Part shown: positions 1-10,610 of the stretch, one piece after another
Layout of the letters: the number at the start of each line of letters is the position of its first letter
Position numbering within the stretch: the first letter of the stretch is position 1
DNA from: Raja brachyura
Taxonomy: Eukaryota
Length of the DNA: 64,000 nt
NCBI GenBank assembly: GCA_963514005.1
Contig: OY740783.1
Location: 133,486,001 to 133,550,000 of the forward strand
Direction: 5' to 3'
Notes under the pieces: generated by a model
What the model saw: the letters and a program-made list of their open reading frames with translations, nothing else
Databases searched by the model: none
What the model was told of the DNA's origin: nothing
Made by a program: the position numbers and the translations under genes

Positions 1-227
1 TCCCTCTCAACCTTTCCAATCCACGGACCTGTACAAATGTTTTATAAACATTATAATTGCACCACTTCTTCTGAGAGATCGTTCAACACACACACACCAT
101 CCTCTGTGTGAAATACTTGTCCATCAGCTCCCTTTTACGCGTGTAGTTTTAGTTTGAAGAAACAGCAAGAAAGGCTCTTCAGCCCGCTGAGTCAGTGCCG
201 ACCACCCATCACCAATTTAACTAATTT

Positions 228-520
228 AATTTAGTTTAACGATACAGTGTGGAAACATTTTCTTCGGCCCAACGATTCCCCGCCGACCAGCGATCCCTGT
301 ACACACGCTCTATCCTACACACCAGGGAAAATTTACGGATGCCAAATCATCTACAAACTTGCAACACTTTGGGATGTGGGAGGAAACTGGAACACATGGA
401 GGAACCCCACACGGTCATGGTGAGACCGTGCAAACTCCATACAGACAACCGCAGTCAAGATCGAAGCTGGGTCTCTGGTGTTCTAAGGCAGCAACTATAC
501 CACTACTCCACTCTGCCACC
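228..520 (-). mobile_element. tRNA-derived SINE (HE1/V-SINE-like)
   Basis: Minus strand reads a tRNA-like head (GGTGGCAGAGTGG...GCTTCGATC), a V-SINE core (GGAGTTTGCAC...TTCCTCCCACA), a CR1-like 3' end and an (AAACT/AAATT)n tail. A truncated sister copy follows at about 525-670. Confidence 0.8.
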
Positions 521-1039
521 CTAGTTCTACATTATCCCACTTTCTCATCCGCTCTTTATACACTTGGGGCAATATACAGAGGTCCAATCAACCTGCAAAC
601 CCACACATCTTTGGAATGTGCAAACTCCACACAGACAGCACCCGATGTCAGGATCTCTGATGCTGTGAGTCAGCAGAAACTTGTTAAACTTGGCATCACA
701 TTCGGCACAGACACAGCGGCTGAAGGACCTGATCATGTGCTGTACTGTTCTCTGTTCTATTTTCCCAGTACATTAATGACTACACCGATGATGCTTCCTG
801 CTGTTGTGTTGAAATGTAACGGTTCGTCATTTTTGCGGGAAATGTCCACATTGTTTGCATTGGAACAAGAGAAAGAGGAACAGGAGTAAGCCATTTGGCT
901 GCTCGAGTCATGTCTGCTTGCACTATGGCCATGGCTGGTCTTTTATCTTCACACCATCCCCTGCGCTATGCATTCATCCCCCAATATCGAGAAATTTACC
1001 AGATTTTCTATTTTGAAGTCACAAAGGACATGCTTATCA

Positions 1040-1192
1040 ACATCCGTATTCCTGCATGTATGAGGAGTCTCGGCATGTCACCGAACACTCTAACCAACTT
1101 GTACGGGTATATGGTGGAGAGCATAAAGACTGATTGCGTCACAGCCTGTTTCAATAACTCGAACACGCAAGAATGAAGGAGGCTGCGAAGAA
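1040..1192 (+). mobile_element. Rex/Babar-type LINE RT C-terminal fragment
   Basis: Translates to MRSLGMSPNTLTNLYGYMVESIKTDCVTACFNN, matching the same region of the longer copy near 43950-44050. Confidence 0.6.
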
Positions 1193-1605
1193 GTACTGGG
1201 GGGGGGAGGGGGAATCATGTCTTCCACACCCTCAAGGCCGGCTGTGGGAGGCGCCCACGGGGCACGGAGGCGGAAGGTGACCAGGAGAGGAGAGGTATGA
1301 CAGTTATAAGGTCCTAAGGAACATGAGTAGAACTAGGCCATTCAGCCCATCAGGTGTGCTCCGCCATTCAATCATGGCTGATCTATCTCACCCTTCTAAT
1401 CCCATTCTTCTGCCTTCTCTCCATAACCTCTGACATCCGTTATGTTGAAATTATATCATAGTCATACAGTGTAGAACAGGCACACCGACCCAACTTTCAC
1501 ATGATGACCAAGATGCCTGCTCTACACTTGTGCTACCTGCCCGTCTTTGGCCCACATTCCTCTAAACCTTTCGTATCCGTGTACCTGTCCAAATGTCTGC
1601 TAGAT

Positions 1606-1820
1606 TAAGTTTAGTTTAGAGATACACTGAGTCCCCGCCAACCAGCGATCACCGGTTCTATGTGATCCCAGTTTCCCATCCTTGCATTAGGGGCAATTTA
1701 CAGAAGCCAATTGACCTACAAACTTGCACGTCTTTGGAATGTGGGAGGAAACCGGAGCACACAAGGAAACCCGCGATGGGCCCGGGTCTCTGGCACTGTT
1801 ACTGCAGCCACTGTGCCGGC
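1606..1820 (-). mobile_element. HE1/V-SINE-like SINE, internally deleted
   Basis: Same core (GTGGGAGGAAACCGGAGCAC on plus strand) and (TTTAG)n tail as 228-520. Confidence 0.7.
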
Positions 1821-1926
1821 CTTATGTTGAAATGTTGAGGTTGAGTATATCAGGAAGTGCAATAGAGAAAATTATGAACAGTGCAGAATGTGGCGCTACA
1901 CCTACAGAGAAAGTGCAGGAAAGAAA

Positions 1927-2548
1927 GTGTGTATTTGTGTGTGTCTGGGTGCTGCATTTGTGGCTGCATTTGTGTCTGTGCGAGTACATGTGTGTGTGAG
2001 TAAATGTGTGCCTTTCTCTATGCGTGTGTGTCTGTTTGTGTGTGGGTGTGTGCATGTGTGATTCTGTAGGTTGTGTGCATGCACGTATGCATCGATTCTC
2101 TTGGCTTGTGTGTGTCATTGGGTGTGTTTTTGTATGAATGTGTGAGTGCGTGTATGTGTGTCCATTTGTATGCCTACTGCGTGCGAGTGTCTTTATGTAT
2201 GTGTGTGTGTGTCACTTGCTGGTGTATATTTGTGTGCCTGTCTATATTCCTGGATGTGTGCACATCTCATTTGTGTGCGTGTGTGCATGCGGCAGTGTGT
2301 ACATGTCACTGTATATGTGTCTCATTTGTGTGCATGTCAGTGACTGTGCGTGCGTCTCATTTCTGTGTGCATATATCTCTGACTGTACATGTGCATCTGC
2401 ATCCCTTTATTGTGCAGGCACGTGTGTGTGTTGCGTGTGTGTGCATGCATGTTTTCATACATATGTGTTAGCCCGTGTGTGTTTGTGTAAATGCTGTGTG
2501 TATATGCGTATGTGTGTGTGCATGTTGTATGTATGTGCGAGTGTGTGT
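1927..2548. repeat. Degenerate (TG)n microsatellite tract
   Basis: TG-rich low-complexity sequence that generates the C/V-rich spurious ORFs. Confidence 0.95.
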
Positions 2549-2549
2549 C

Positions 2550-3045
2550 TAGTAGAGGTTTACGAGAATGATCCCAGGACTGAGTGGGTTATCATATGAT
2601 GAGCATTTGATGGCGCTGGGCCTGTACTGGCTGGAGTATAGAAGGATGAGAGGGAATTTCATAGAAACTTACTGAATAGTGAAAGGCCTGGATAGAGTGC
2701 ATGTGGAGAGGATGTTTTCTCTAGTGTGAGAGTCAAGGACAAGAGGCCACAGCATCAGCATAAAAGGGTGTACCTTTAGAATGGAGATGAGGAGGAATTT
2801 CTATAGTCAGAGAGTGGTGAATCTATGGAATTCATATCCGTCGAAGGTTGTGGAGTCCAAGTCACTGGATATTTTTGAGGCAGAGGTTTGCCAGATTCTT
2901 GATTAGTACAGGTGTCAGGGGTTGCGGGGAGAAGGCAGGGGAATGGGGTTGAGAGGGTAGGATAGGTCAGCCATGTTTGAATGGTAGAGTAGACTTAGTG
3001 GGCCGAATGGCCTAATTCAGCTCATATCACTTATGAACTTATGAC
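2550..3045 (+). mobile_element. CR1 LINE 3' fragment
   Basis: Decayed ORF2 C-terminus (RFTRMIPG..LGLY.LEYRRMRG..RVVNLWNS), 3' UTR and ACTTATGA x2 tail. Confidence 0.85.
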
Positions 3046-3156
3046 ACATCTAAAGCTCATTCAGCACGGATCCAGCATCCAGTTCTTATTTTTACCTTAC
3101 ATTGTCTCCAGCTTCCTTGTCCTGCTTCTCTTGACCGGTGTCTGTTCTTCCCTCAG

Positions 3157-3452
3157 CTCCCAGACGGAATGCCTTGGTGGTGACTGGGACTGAGGGGGAT
3201 TTGTCCACATTACCCCGTGTGTTCCCACCGCCTCCACTCAACCACGTCCTGCTCGCGGTCAGATGGACGAGGAAGGATACCTACCGACACACCGTCGCGC
3301 TCAGACCCCAAGCTGATGGAACCTGGGCGGCGATGAACGGAGCAACTCGGTTCAAACTGGTCGGGGACCCAGAGCGCGGAAACGCCTCAACCAGGATAAA
3401 GCAGCTGAGTGTGGAGGACAATCGTGAGTACCTGTGTCTGGTGGAGATCGTG
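3157..3452 (+). pseudogene. Decayed Ig V-set domain exon (Siglec-15/CD300-like appearance)
   Basis: Polypyrimidine tract and AG at 3155-3156 give a phase-1 exon. Translation contains VTGTEGDLSTLP(R)VF, VRWTRK and RFKLVGDPERGNASTRIKQLSVEDNREYLCLVE. The B-strand Cys codon is CGT (3216-3218). The G strand and splice donor appear replaced by SINE sequence. Confidence 0.75.
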
Positions 3453-3479
3453 GCCTCATCCCCTCTTCCAATTCCCAAT

Positions 3480-3655
3480 TTTAAAACTTATCAAAGCCAA
3501 TTAACCTACAAACCTGTACATCCTTGGAGTGTGGGAGGAAACCGGAACTCCCGATGTAAACCCACAGAGGGAGAATGTCCAAACTCTGTAAAGACACCAC
3601 CGCTACCCAGGTCTAACCCGGGCCTCTGGCGCTGTAAGGCAGAATCTCTACCGTA
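3480..3655 (-). mobile_element. HE1/V-SINE-like SINE fragment
   Basis: GCCAATTAACCTACAAACC...GTGGGAGGAAACCGGA core on the plus strand. Confidence 0.7.
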
Positions 3656-3974
3656 GCCAATATGGATGTTTGCTCTTTTGTGCATGGGTATGGCATGATT
3701 GCAAGTCATGAATCAACAGTGCTTAATTATCATATGTACTGAAACAAAACAAATAAATTCTTATTAACAACAGCATAACTGGTCTGTGGGCACATTAGAT
3801 AGCATAATAATCGAAAGATCAATAAAGTTATTAAAAAAAAACAATATCTGTGTAATAAAAAGGAAGGTCTGATGGTGGTTTATACCAAAGATAGATTCAA
3901 AATGCAGGAGTAACTCAGTGGGTCAGGCAGCATCTCTAGAGAACACTCCCTCTTCTCCCCTCTCGCATCAGCCA

Positions 3975-4320
3975 ATAGGTACAGAAGTGTGAAAACGCAC
4001 ACCTCCAGATTCAGGGATAGTTTCTTCCCTGCTGTTATCACGTAACTGAACCATCCCATCAAAACTGGAGGGCGATCCTGAGCTACCAATGTGACTTGGA
4101 CGTGATCCAAGTCACATCGAAGCCCCTTGGAATATCTTTAATCGGACTTTACTGGACTTCATCTTGCACTAAACGTTATTCCTTTTATTCTGGATCTGTA
4201 CACTGTGGACGGTTGGATTGGAATCATGTATGGTCTTTCTGCTGAGTGGATGGCACACAACAAAAAAGCTTTGCACTGTACCTTGGTACACCTGGCAATA
4301 AACTAAACTAATCTAAACTG
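3975..4320 (+). mobile_element. Rex/Babar-type LINE 3' end
   Basis: RYRSVKTHTSRFRDSFFPAVI, then a 3' UTR ending in AATAAA(CTAAA)n. Confidence 0.65.
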
Positions 4321-4324
4321 GGTG

Positions 4325-4550
4325 CTGTTTCTGAAGACAGGCCCTGAAACGAAACATCACCTATCCATGTTCTTCAGTCTAAAGATGAGTCTAAGTCTCC
4401 TCAGTCTGAAGAAGGGTCTCGACCCAAAATGTCACCAATGCCTTTTCTCCAGAAATGCTGCCTGATCGGTTGTTACTCCAGCATTTTGTGCCCACCTTCT
4501 CCAGAAATGTAGCCTGACCCGCCGAGTTACACCAGCACTTTGTGTCTATC
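4325..4550 (+). mobile_element. Penelope-like terminal-repeat fragments with degenerate hammerhead cores
   Basis: CTGAAGAAGGGTCTCGACCCAAAATGTC followed by CTCCAGAAATGCTGCCTGA...TTACTCCAGCATTTTGTG, partly tandem. Related copies lie at about 6150-6400, 8815-8910(-), 15753-15850(-), 31592-31684 and 45270-45388(-). Confidence 0.65.
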
Positions 4551-5074
4551 CCGATATTAGTATATCCCATGGTTTCACAGGAAAGCACACAAACATGGTT
4601 CTTCACTGTAACTCGATACAGGCAGCAGAAATAAACCTACACTGTACCAATAAGGTGATCATAACAAAAAACACCTACTGTTTCCATGTACTGAGACCAA
4701 CAGCAGAACTGTAGGCAGCAAAGTGGAGAGGAGCCTCATCGCTGGCTATTTCCTGGTGTCCAGTTCTCCGCACTGGGACTTTCTGCCTCTGCAAGTCTAA
4801 ATTCCAAAATAAACCATTGCATAGTTCCTCATTTCACACAGAATATCTGACCTGATGTGTTTCCAAATCTTCCTGTTGCACTATGTACTATAGTTGTGAA
4901 AGCCTTTTCCAGTCAGAAGATCATTTGCAAACACAAAACTATAGACCATCTAAGTTAAGTGATTTGCTGGGGAACTGCAGAGAGAGGTTGAGACTCAGCT
5001 AAGGTGGTGTGCGCCTGTTGTATGTTGAAAAGATAAAGATGTTGGATTTGCTTCTCAAAAGGACGTTAGTAGTT

Positions 5075-6000
5075 CAATTAGTTTAGTTTAGAGATATAGT
5101 GTGCAAACAAGCCCTTTGCCCCACCGAGTCCACGCCGACCAGTAATCACCCACACAATAGTTCTATCTTAAACACAAGGGACAATTTACAGAAACCAATG
5201 AACCTACAAACCCACATATCTTTAGAATGTGGGAGGAAACCAGAGCACCTGGAGAAACCCCACGTGGTCAAGGTTTCAAGGTTTTAAGGTCAGTTTATTG
5301 TCACATGTACCAATTAAGGTACAGTGAAATTCGAATTACCATACAGCCACACTAAAAAAAAGCAACAAGACACACAACTACATAAAAGTCAACATAAAAA
5401 TCCACCACATGGGATTCCCCACGTTCCTCAGTGTGATGGAAGACAATAAAGTCCAATCTTCTTCCTCCTTTATTCTCCTGCAGTTGGGATAGTCGAACCA
5501 TCCACACTTGGCGCGATCGAAGCTCCCACGTCAGGGCGATTGAAGCCCCCGCGTTGGGGCGAGTGAAGTTCCTGCAGCATGGTGTTGCCGAAGTGGGTCT
5601 TTAACCAGAGACCGTGAGCTCCACGACGTTAAAGTGCGCAGGCACCTGCGGTTGGAGCACCAATGTTGATCCCCGACAGGGAATGCGACTCCACGATGTT
5701 GAAGTACACAGTTTCCCGCTGTGGAGTTCTCGAAGTCGGTGTCCAGCAAAGGCTGCCAACTCCTTGATGTTAGGAAAAAGACGCGTCGAGGTAAGAGCTT
5801 AGAAAAATCCCCGCCTCCCCCCACACATAAAACAAGCTAAAGAACATTAAAAACATACATTTAACATACACACACCAACAAAGAAGGAAGAGACAGTGTA
5901 AACGTACACACTCTGTGCAGCCAACACCCTTAGTCAGGATCGATCTCGGGTCTTTGGTGCTGTGAAACAGCAATTGTACCGCTGTGCCATTGTGCCACCA
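5075..6000 (-). mobile_element. HE1/V-SINE-like SINE interrupted by a ~630-bp non-autonomous retroelement (about 5270-5900)
   Basis: The SINE breaks at CCCCACGTGGTCA (about 5270) and resumes at TACACACTCTGTGCAG (about 5905). The insert has a (TCAAGGTT)n-like tail and resembles 10795-11170. Confidence 0.6.
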
Positions 6001-6480
6001 AAGTTGGACAGGATTTCACAAATTATCATGAACTTTTCATTCCAATGTCTACTTCGGTTAATTTAATCAGTTCATTGCCAAAAAAGGCCAGCACATAATT
6101 GCCCCCCAAAAGACACCAGTGCTGGAGGAACTCAGAGGGTCAGTCAGCTTCCTTCCTCCAGCTTCACAATTTGCAACTCTTTAGCCCTTTTGTCTCACAC
6201 CTTCTGTCTTTACATCTCTGGTCTTCGTGTAACCATCTGCCTCTAACCACCCTTCCCCTATCCCTGTATCAACGTATTACCTCTCAAGCTTTGTCCTGCC
6301 CTTCCTCTCATCCAGCTTTTTTCTCCCATCTACAATCAGTCTGAAAAAGTGTCCCGACCCAAAACGTCACCTATCCATGTTCTCGAAGGAGGCTGCTTGT
6401 CCATTGGATGGGGCATTTTGGTTGGCATGGACAGATTGGGCTGAAGGGCCTGTTCCGTACTCTACTACTCTATGACCAAA

Positions 6481-6712
6481 GGGCAGCACAGTAGTGAAAC
6501 GTTAGAATTGTACGGAGTTTGTACGGTCTTCCAATGACCTGCGTGGATTTTCTCCAGGATCTCTGGATGCCTCCGCCACTCCAAAGACGTATAGGTTCGT
6601 AGGTTAATTGGCTTGGTCTAATTATCAATTGTCCCAAGTGTGTGTGGGATTGCTGGTCGGCATTGACTTGGTGGGCCGAAGGGCCTGTTTTTGAGCTGTA
6701 TCTCAAATAACT
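6481..6712 (+). mobile_element. HE1/V-SINE-like SINE
   Basis: GGAGTTTGTACGGTCTTCC...CTCCAAAGACGT...GGGCCGAAGGGCCTGTTT. Confidence 0.7.
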
Positions 6713-6829
6713 GCATGGACAAATAGGACAAGCTAAGATGGGACATTTTGGTTGGCATGGATAGGTTGGGTTTAACAGCCTGTTTCTGTGCTGTGTGACA
6801 CTATGGTGGACTCGGGTCACCAGGAGAAT

Positions 6830-7345
6830 GTTTAGTTTGTTTAGTTTAGTTCAGTTTAATTTAGTTTAGTTTTGTTTCGATTAGTTTATTGTCACGTGTA
6901 CATGGGTACAGTAAATTTATTTGTTGTGTGCTAATCAGTCAAAGGAAAGACAATTCATTAGTACAATCGAGCCATCCGCAATGTAGTAATTCATGATGAA
7001 GGGAATATCGTCCTAGATAAAGTGCAGTAAGATCCGATTACAGACAGTCCAAGTGTTTCCAGTGTGATGGATAGTAGGTCAGGACCATTCTCTAGTTGTT
7101 GATACGACGAGCAAGTTGCCGAATAACAGCTGAGAAGAAACTGTCATTGAATCTGAAGGTGCACGTTGTCACACTTCTGTACGTCTTGCCCGATGGGAGA
7201 GGGGAGAAGAGAGAGCGAGCGAGTTGAGATTCGACTATGATAATGCCGGTAGCGTTACCGGGAGAGTATGATGTTTAAATGGAGTCAATGGAAGGGAGGT
7301 TGTTTTGTGTAATTGTATGGGTTGCGTCCATATTCACTGGACAGC
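6830..7345 (-). mobile_element. Rex/Babar-type LINE 3' end
   Basis: Minus strand encodes LPSGKTYRSVTTCTFRFNDSFFSAVI; (AAACT)n tail at 6830-6885. Confidence 0.65.
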
Positions 7346-7849
7346 GCTGACCCCGGGGGGAGGTTGGCGGCTGTACCGAGGGATGCGCTTCTTCGGCCGC
7401 GTACACCTTGGTGCTCGGGTTCAGAGCAAAGATACTACAGCATTTGGTTCAGAGCACCATGTCTCCCTCCATCCCCCGGGCTGTCTTGGGCCGGGACTTG
7501 ATCTGAATCCGCCGGCACGCTCCTCTTTCGTAAGTCAGCGAGCAGAAGTGTTTTTGGCAGTTTTCTCTCACGGTTACTCCTATTTACACAATTTTTTACA
7601 TCGCAAAAATTGACAACGTTTGCGGTTTTTAACAGATAAGAACGTATGTGCTGTTTATGTTACAATCTATGCCGGAAGCTCCCTTGCACCCCAGAAGGAT
7701 TGAGCTACTCCGTGCATCAGGCCCTTTGACCTGATGACCTTACGTTCAACCACCCTATAGAAATAATATACTGTCACAAAGTTCGTGTTACACCACGTAC
7801 TACCACGGCGCGGCGAATGAGACATCGTCCTCGTTTGCCTGATACATCC

Positions 7850-8025
7850 GTCTCTGGTGCGATAGACATGTCTGGTGCAAATAGGCATCAGTCACTGCGG
7901 CGGTGAGACATGTGGTGCGATATAGATCAGCCTCTGGTGCTGCGCGACATCAGCTCCTGGTGCGGAGAAGCATCAACGTCTGGTGCTGGGGACATCTGAC
8001 TCTGGTGCGGTGAGCCATCAGCTTC
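7850..8025. repeat. Degenerate ~21-24-bp minisatellite (TCTGGTGC....ACATC); second copy at 14788-14963
   Basis: About 8 spaced occurrences of the TCTGGTGC/TGGTGCG core. Confidence 0.7.
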
Positions 8026-9269
8026 TAATGCAGTGAGGCAGGCATGAGGGTAGCTTGTGTTGGTGGGAAACTTCAAGGTGTTTTGAAATAGTGTAAAGTA
8101 CCTGTAGGGCACTCGATATGCTGAGGGTGGCAACAGTTGTGAAAGGTGCTAACATCCAATACGGGCCCGAGGGACAGACAGTATTACCTATAATTGACTG
8201 CAACAAAAAGTAATCCGGTAATAGGGAGAAAAGTTATGTGATCCGGAGTACTCCTCGCTGAGGACAAAGCCAGGTGGCAGGGACAAGATAGGGGTAAATT
8301 AAAATAGAGTAATTATACTCACAGGCATGGCAAAAAACCTGCTATAAAAGTTAAAAATAACACAATTAGAGTGTGCAGAGCAGGAAGAACAAAACACATT
8401 TGCGGGGGAAAGGTGGCGATGTGTCGCCTACCGCCCCGCCGATCGACGGTGATGACATTGACGGAAAAAGTAGGCAATGAGATGTCTGTAGATGGACACA
8501 ATGAGGATTAAGGACTATCCCTGCCATAGAACATAGAGATAAAGAAATGAGCTGCTGTCCCAGTAGCTCTGATTCAGACAGTTGTCAGTATGATTAGGGG
8601 CAAATTACCTGCATGATAGGGCATATGGCCAACCGGGATGTTATAAGTATGCAAATGTTTGTGAGAGTCAGCAGATTGCATGTGTTGTGGCAACTCGCTA
8701 GTTATTTTTTATTGGTATGAAAGGAGGTGAGAGTGTAAATATTGTTAAATTGTTTATTAGTTTTTTCTGGGGAAATGTTGAATTAATCGTATAGTCCAGA
8801 TGGAATAGGATTCTGGGGTACACAAAATGCTGGAGAATCTTAGCGGGTGCAGCAGCATCTATGGAGCGAAGGAGATAGGCATCGTTTCGGGCCGAAATAC
8901 ATCTTTAGACTAGGATTCGGCTCCTCAATGTGAAATATATTAGTTGAATCTCATGTGTCTTTATAGGGTAGTGTCCCTTTAGCACTTTGTGAGATGGGGC
9001 CTCTCCACCCCATTCATCTTTTAGCGTTTGGACATTTGTTAGATGCTTTCAATGTGGAAATTAACTGTTTATTCTTTGTTTTCTAACAAATGTTTTCATG
9101 AAGAAGGTGTGCAAAGTTGCAGTTTTGTTTTGTCTTGTCCGTTTGTTTTGTTCCTAATTTGTTCATATTTAATTGATTTAAACGAGGCATTCAAATACCA
9201 TACTGCCATGGCTTCTAGGCTGCACCGGTGTGTTCAAGCACCTGACTGCAACCTGACTCAGTTGAAGTC

Positions 9270-10553
9270 CAGAACTTTACTGATGCATATAATTCCACAT
9301 GGTCATCGTAATATGGTGCAACCTTTCGCGGCAGGGAAGCTAAAGGCAGTATCAGATAATCGACGTGAGAGTAGATGGGATAGTGTATCATTGCCAGCGG
9401 ATAATCATGTACAGATATTCAAAGACAATGTGTTGAAAACAGCCACAATTATGGTGAATGAAGGAAAAGAGCATGATGCATTGAAGTAGAAGCAGAAGAA
9501 GATGGGAGGATTGTAGATGTAACTTTAGAGCGGTCAGTTGTACAAACATTTATGTAGACGGATCAAGGAAATATTATAATGGTACCCATGGAAAGCATGC
9601 GCAGTGGTAGATAGTGAAGGAAACATGTTGAAAGGGGAGCAGATTCAGGGGACAAGATCAGTACATGTAGCAGAATTAGTAGCCTTGACAGAGGCCCTGA
9701 AGTTAGGAAAATGAAAGTGAATATTTATACCGACAGCAGATATGACTTTCAGGTTGTACATGGTTACTGTATCTGATGGAATGTTTACGAAAGCGATGTA
9801 AAATGTATTGTTTAGTTCTAACTGACCGCTTTATCCGCTGGGTCGTGGCATTCTCATGTCGGGATTGTACCTCCGGAACCGTGACACGAATTCTGACTGA
9901 AGAAATATCACCTAGATGGGGGATTACACTTCAGATATGCTCTGATCAGGAAACACATTTAACTGGAAGGTAATGCAGGGGGTATGTGCTTTGTTAGGAG
10001 TTTACCAGCAATTTTACACTCCCCAACGTCCAGAGTTCTGGAATTGTGGAGTGAACAAACAGAACACAAAAGAACAGTCTGACTAAAGCTTTGACAAAGA
10101 ATGGATAGGGATGGATTAAGGTACTCTCAGTCATTCGACTGAAGTTCAAAGCAGCCCCAGCGAGATGGAACAGGTTAATACATGTGAGCTGATGACAGTG
10201 AGTTATGAATATACTGAAGATGTAAAAACGCCCGGAGCAGAGGTTTGTAACGGAAAAGGAAATGCTATCGGATACATCCAAGAGTTAGTAAAACATTACA
10301 TGCACTTAAGAATTAGTTAATTGATCAGTAGACGATCAAATATGCGAAAAGGTGAAAATAAGCAGTGAAGCTGATATGTTGATGGACGGAGATTAGGTAA
10401 TGGTTAGAATTCTTCCGGAAACAGCTGGTCTCCAGCCCCGTTGCGTGGGACAACATTAGTGTTAAAGTGGCAGGAGAACCATGAGTCCTAGTGGGCATGA
10501 AAGGAACTGCTAAATGGAAACATTGGACTCAGTTGAAACAGTATACGCCATAA
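9270..10553 (+). mobile_element. Endogenous retrovirus pol remnant (connection domain, partial RNase H, integrase), class I epsilon/gamma-like; copy 1
   Basis: Motifs: IIPH...RRESRWDSV...TATIMVNEGKEHD; RNase H VDGS...SVHVAELVALTEALKLGK..VNIYTDSRY; integrase YCLVLTDRFIRWVVAF...ISPRWGITLQICSDQETHLTG; C-terminal GLQPR..G and KWKHWTQLK with stop at 10551-10553. The RNase H C-terminus and integrase zinc finger appear deleted near 9775. Many stops and frameshifts. Confidence 0.85.
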
Positions 10554-10610
10554 AGGAATAATTTAACTAACATAACTGACACTGGCCTGCATTTATTTTT
10601 GTTTTTGCAG

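Noticed and set aside
228-520. tRNA gene-like A/B boxes
   Set aside because: These are SINE heads joined to a SINE core and tail, not complete cloverleaf tRNAs.
1822-2599. C/V-rich and H/T-rich ORFs (also 62714-63212)
   Set aside because: Translations of TG/CA microsatellite.
7850-8025. CRISPR-like spaced repeats (also 12585-12820 and 59400-59760)
   Set aside because: Degenerate tandem units without unique fixed-length spacers, no cas genes, and a vertebrate context.
8600-8645. TCMIGHMANRD as a gag zinc-knuckle remnant
   Set aside because: Needs several assumed indels; too weak to annotate.
9043-9270. Hydrophobic N-terminus of the 148-aa ORF as a membrane protein
   Set aside because: T-rich sequence read in frame with the ERV pol connection remnant.
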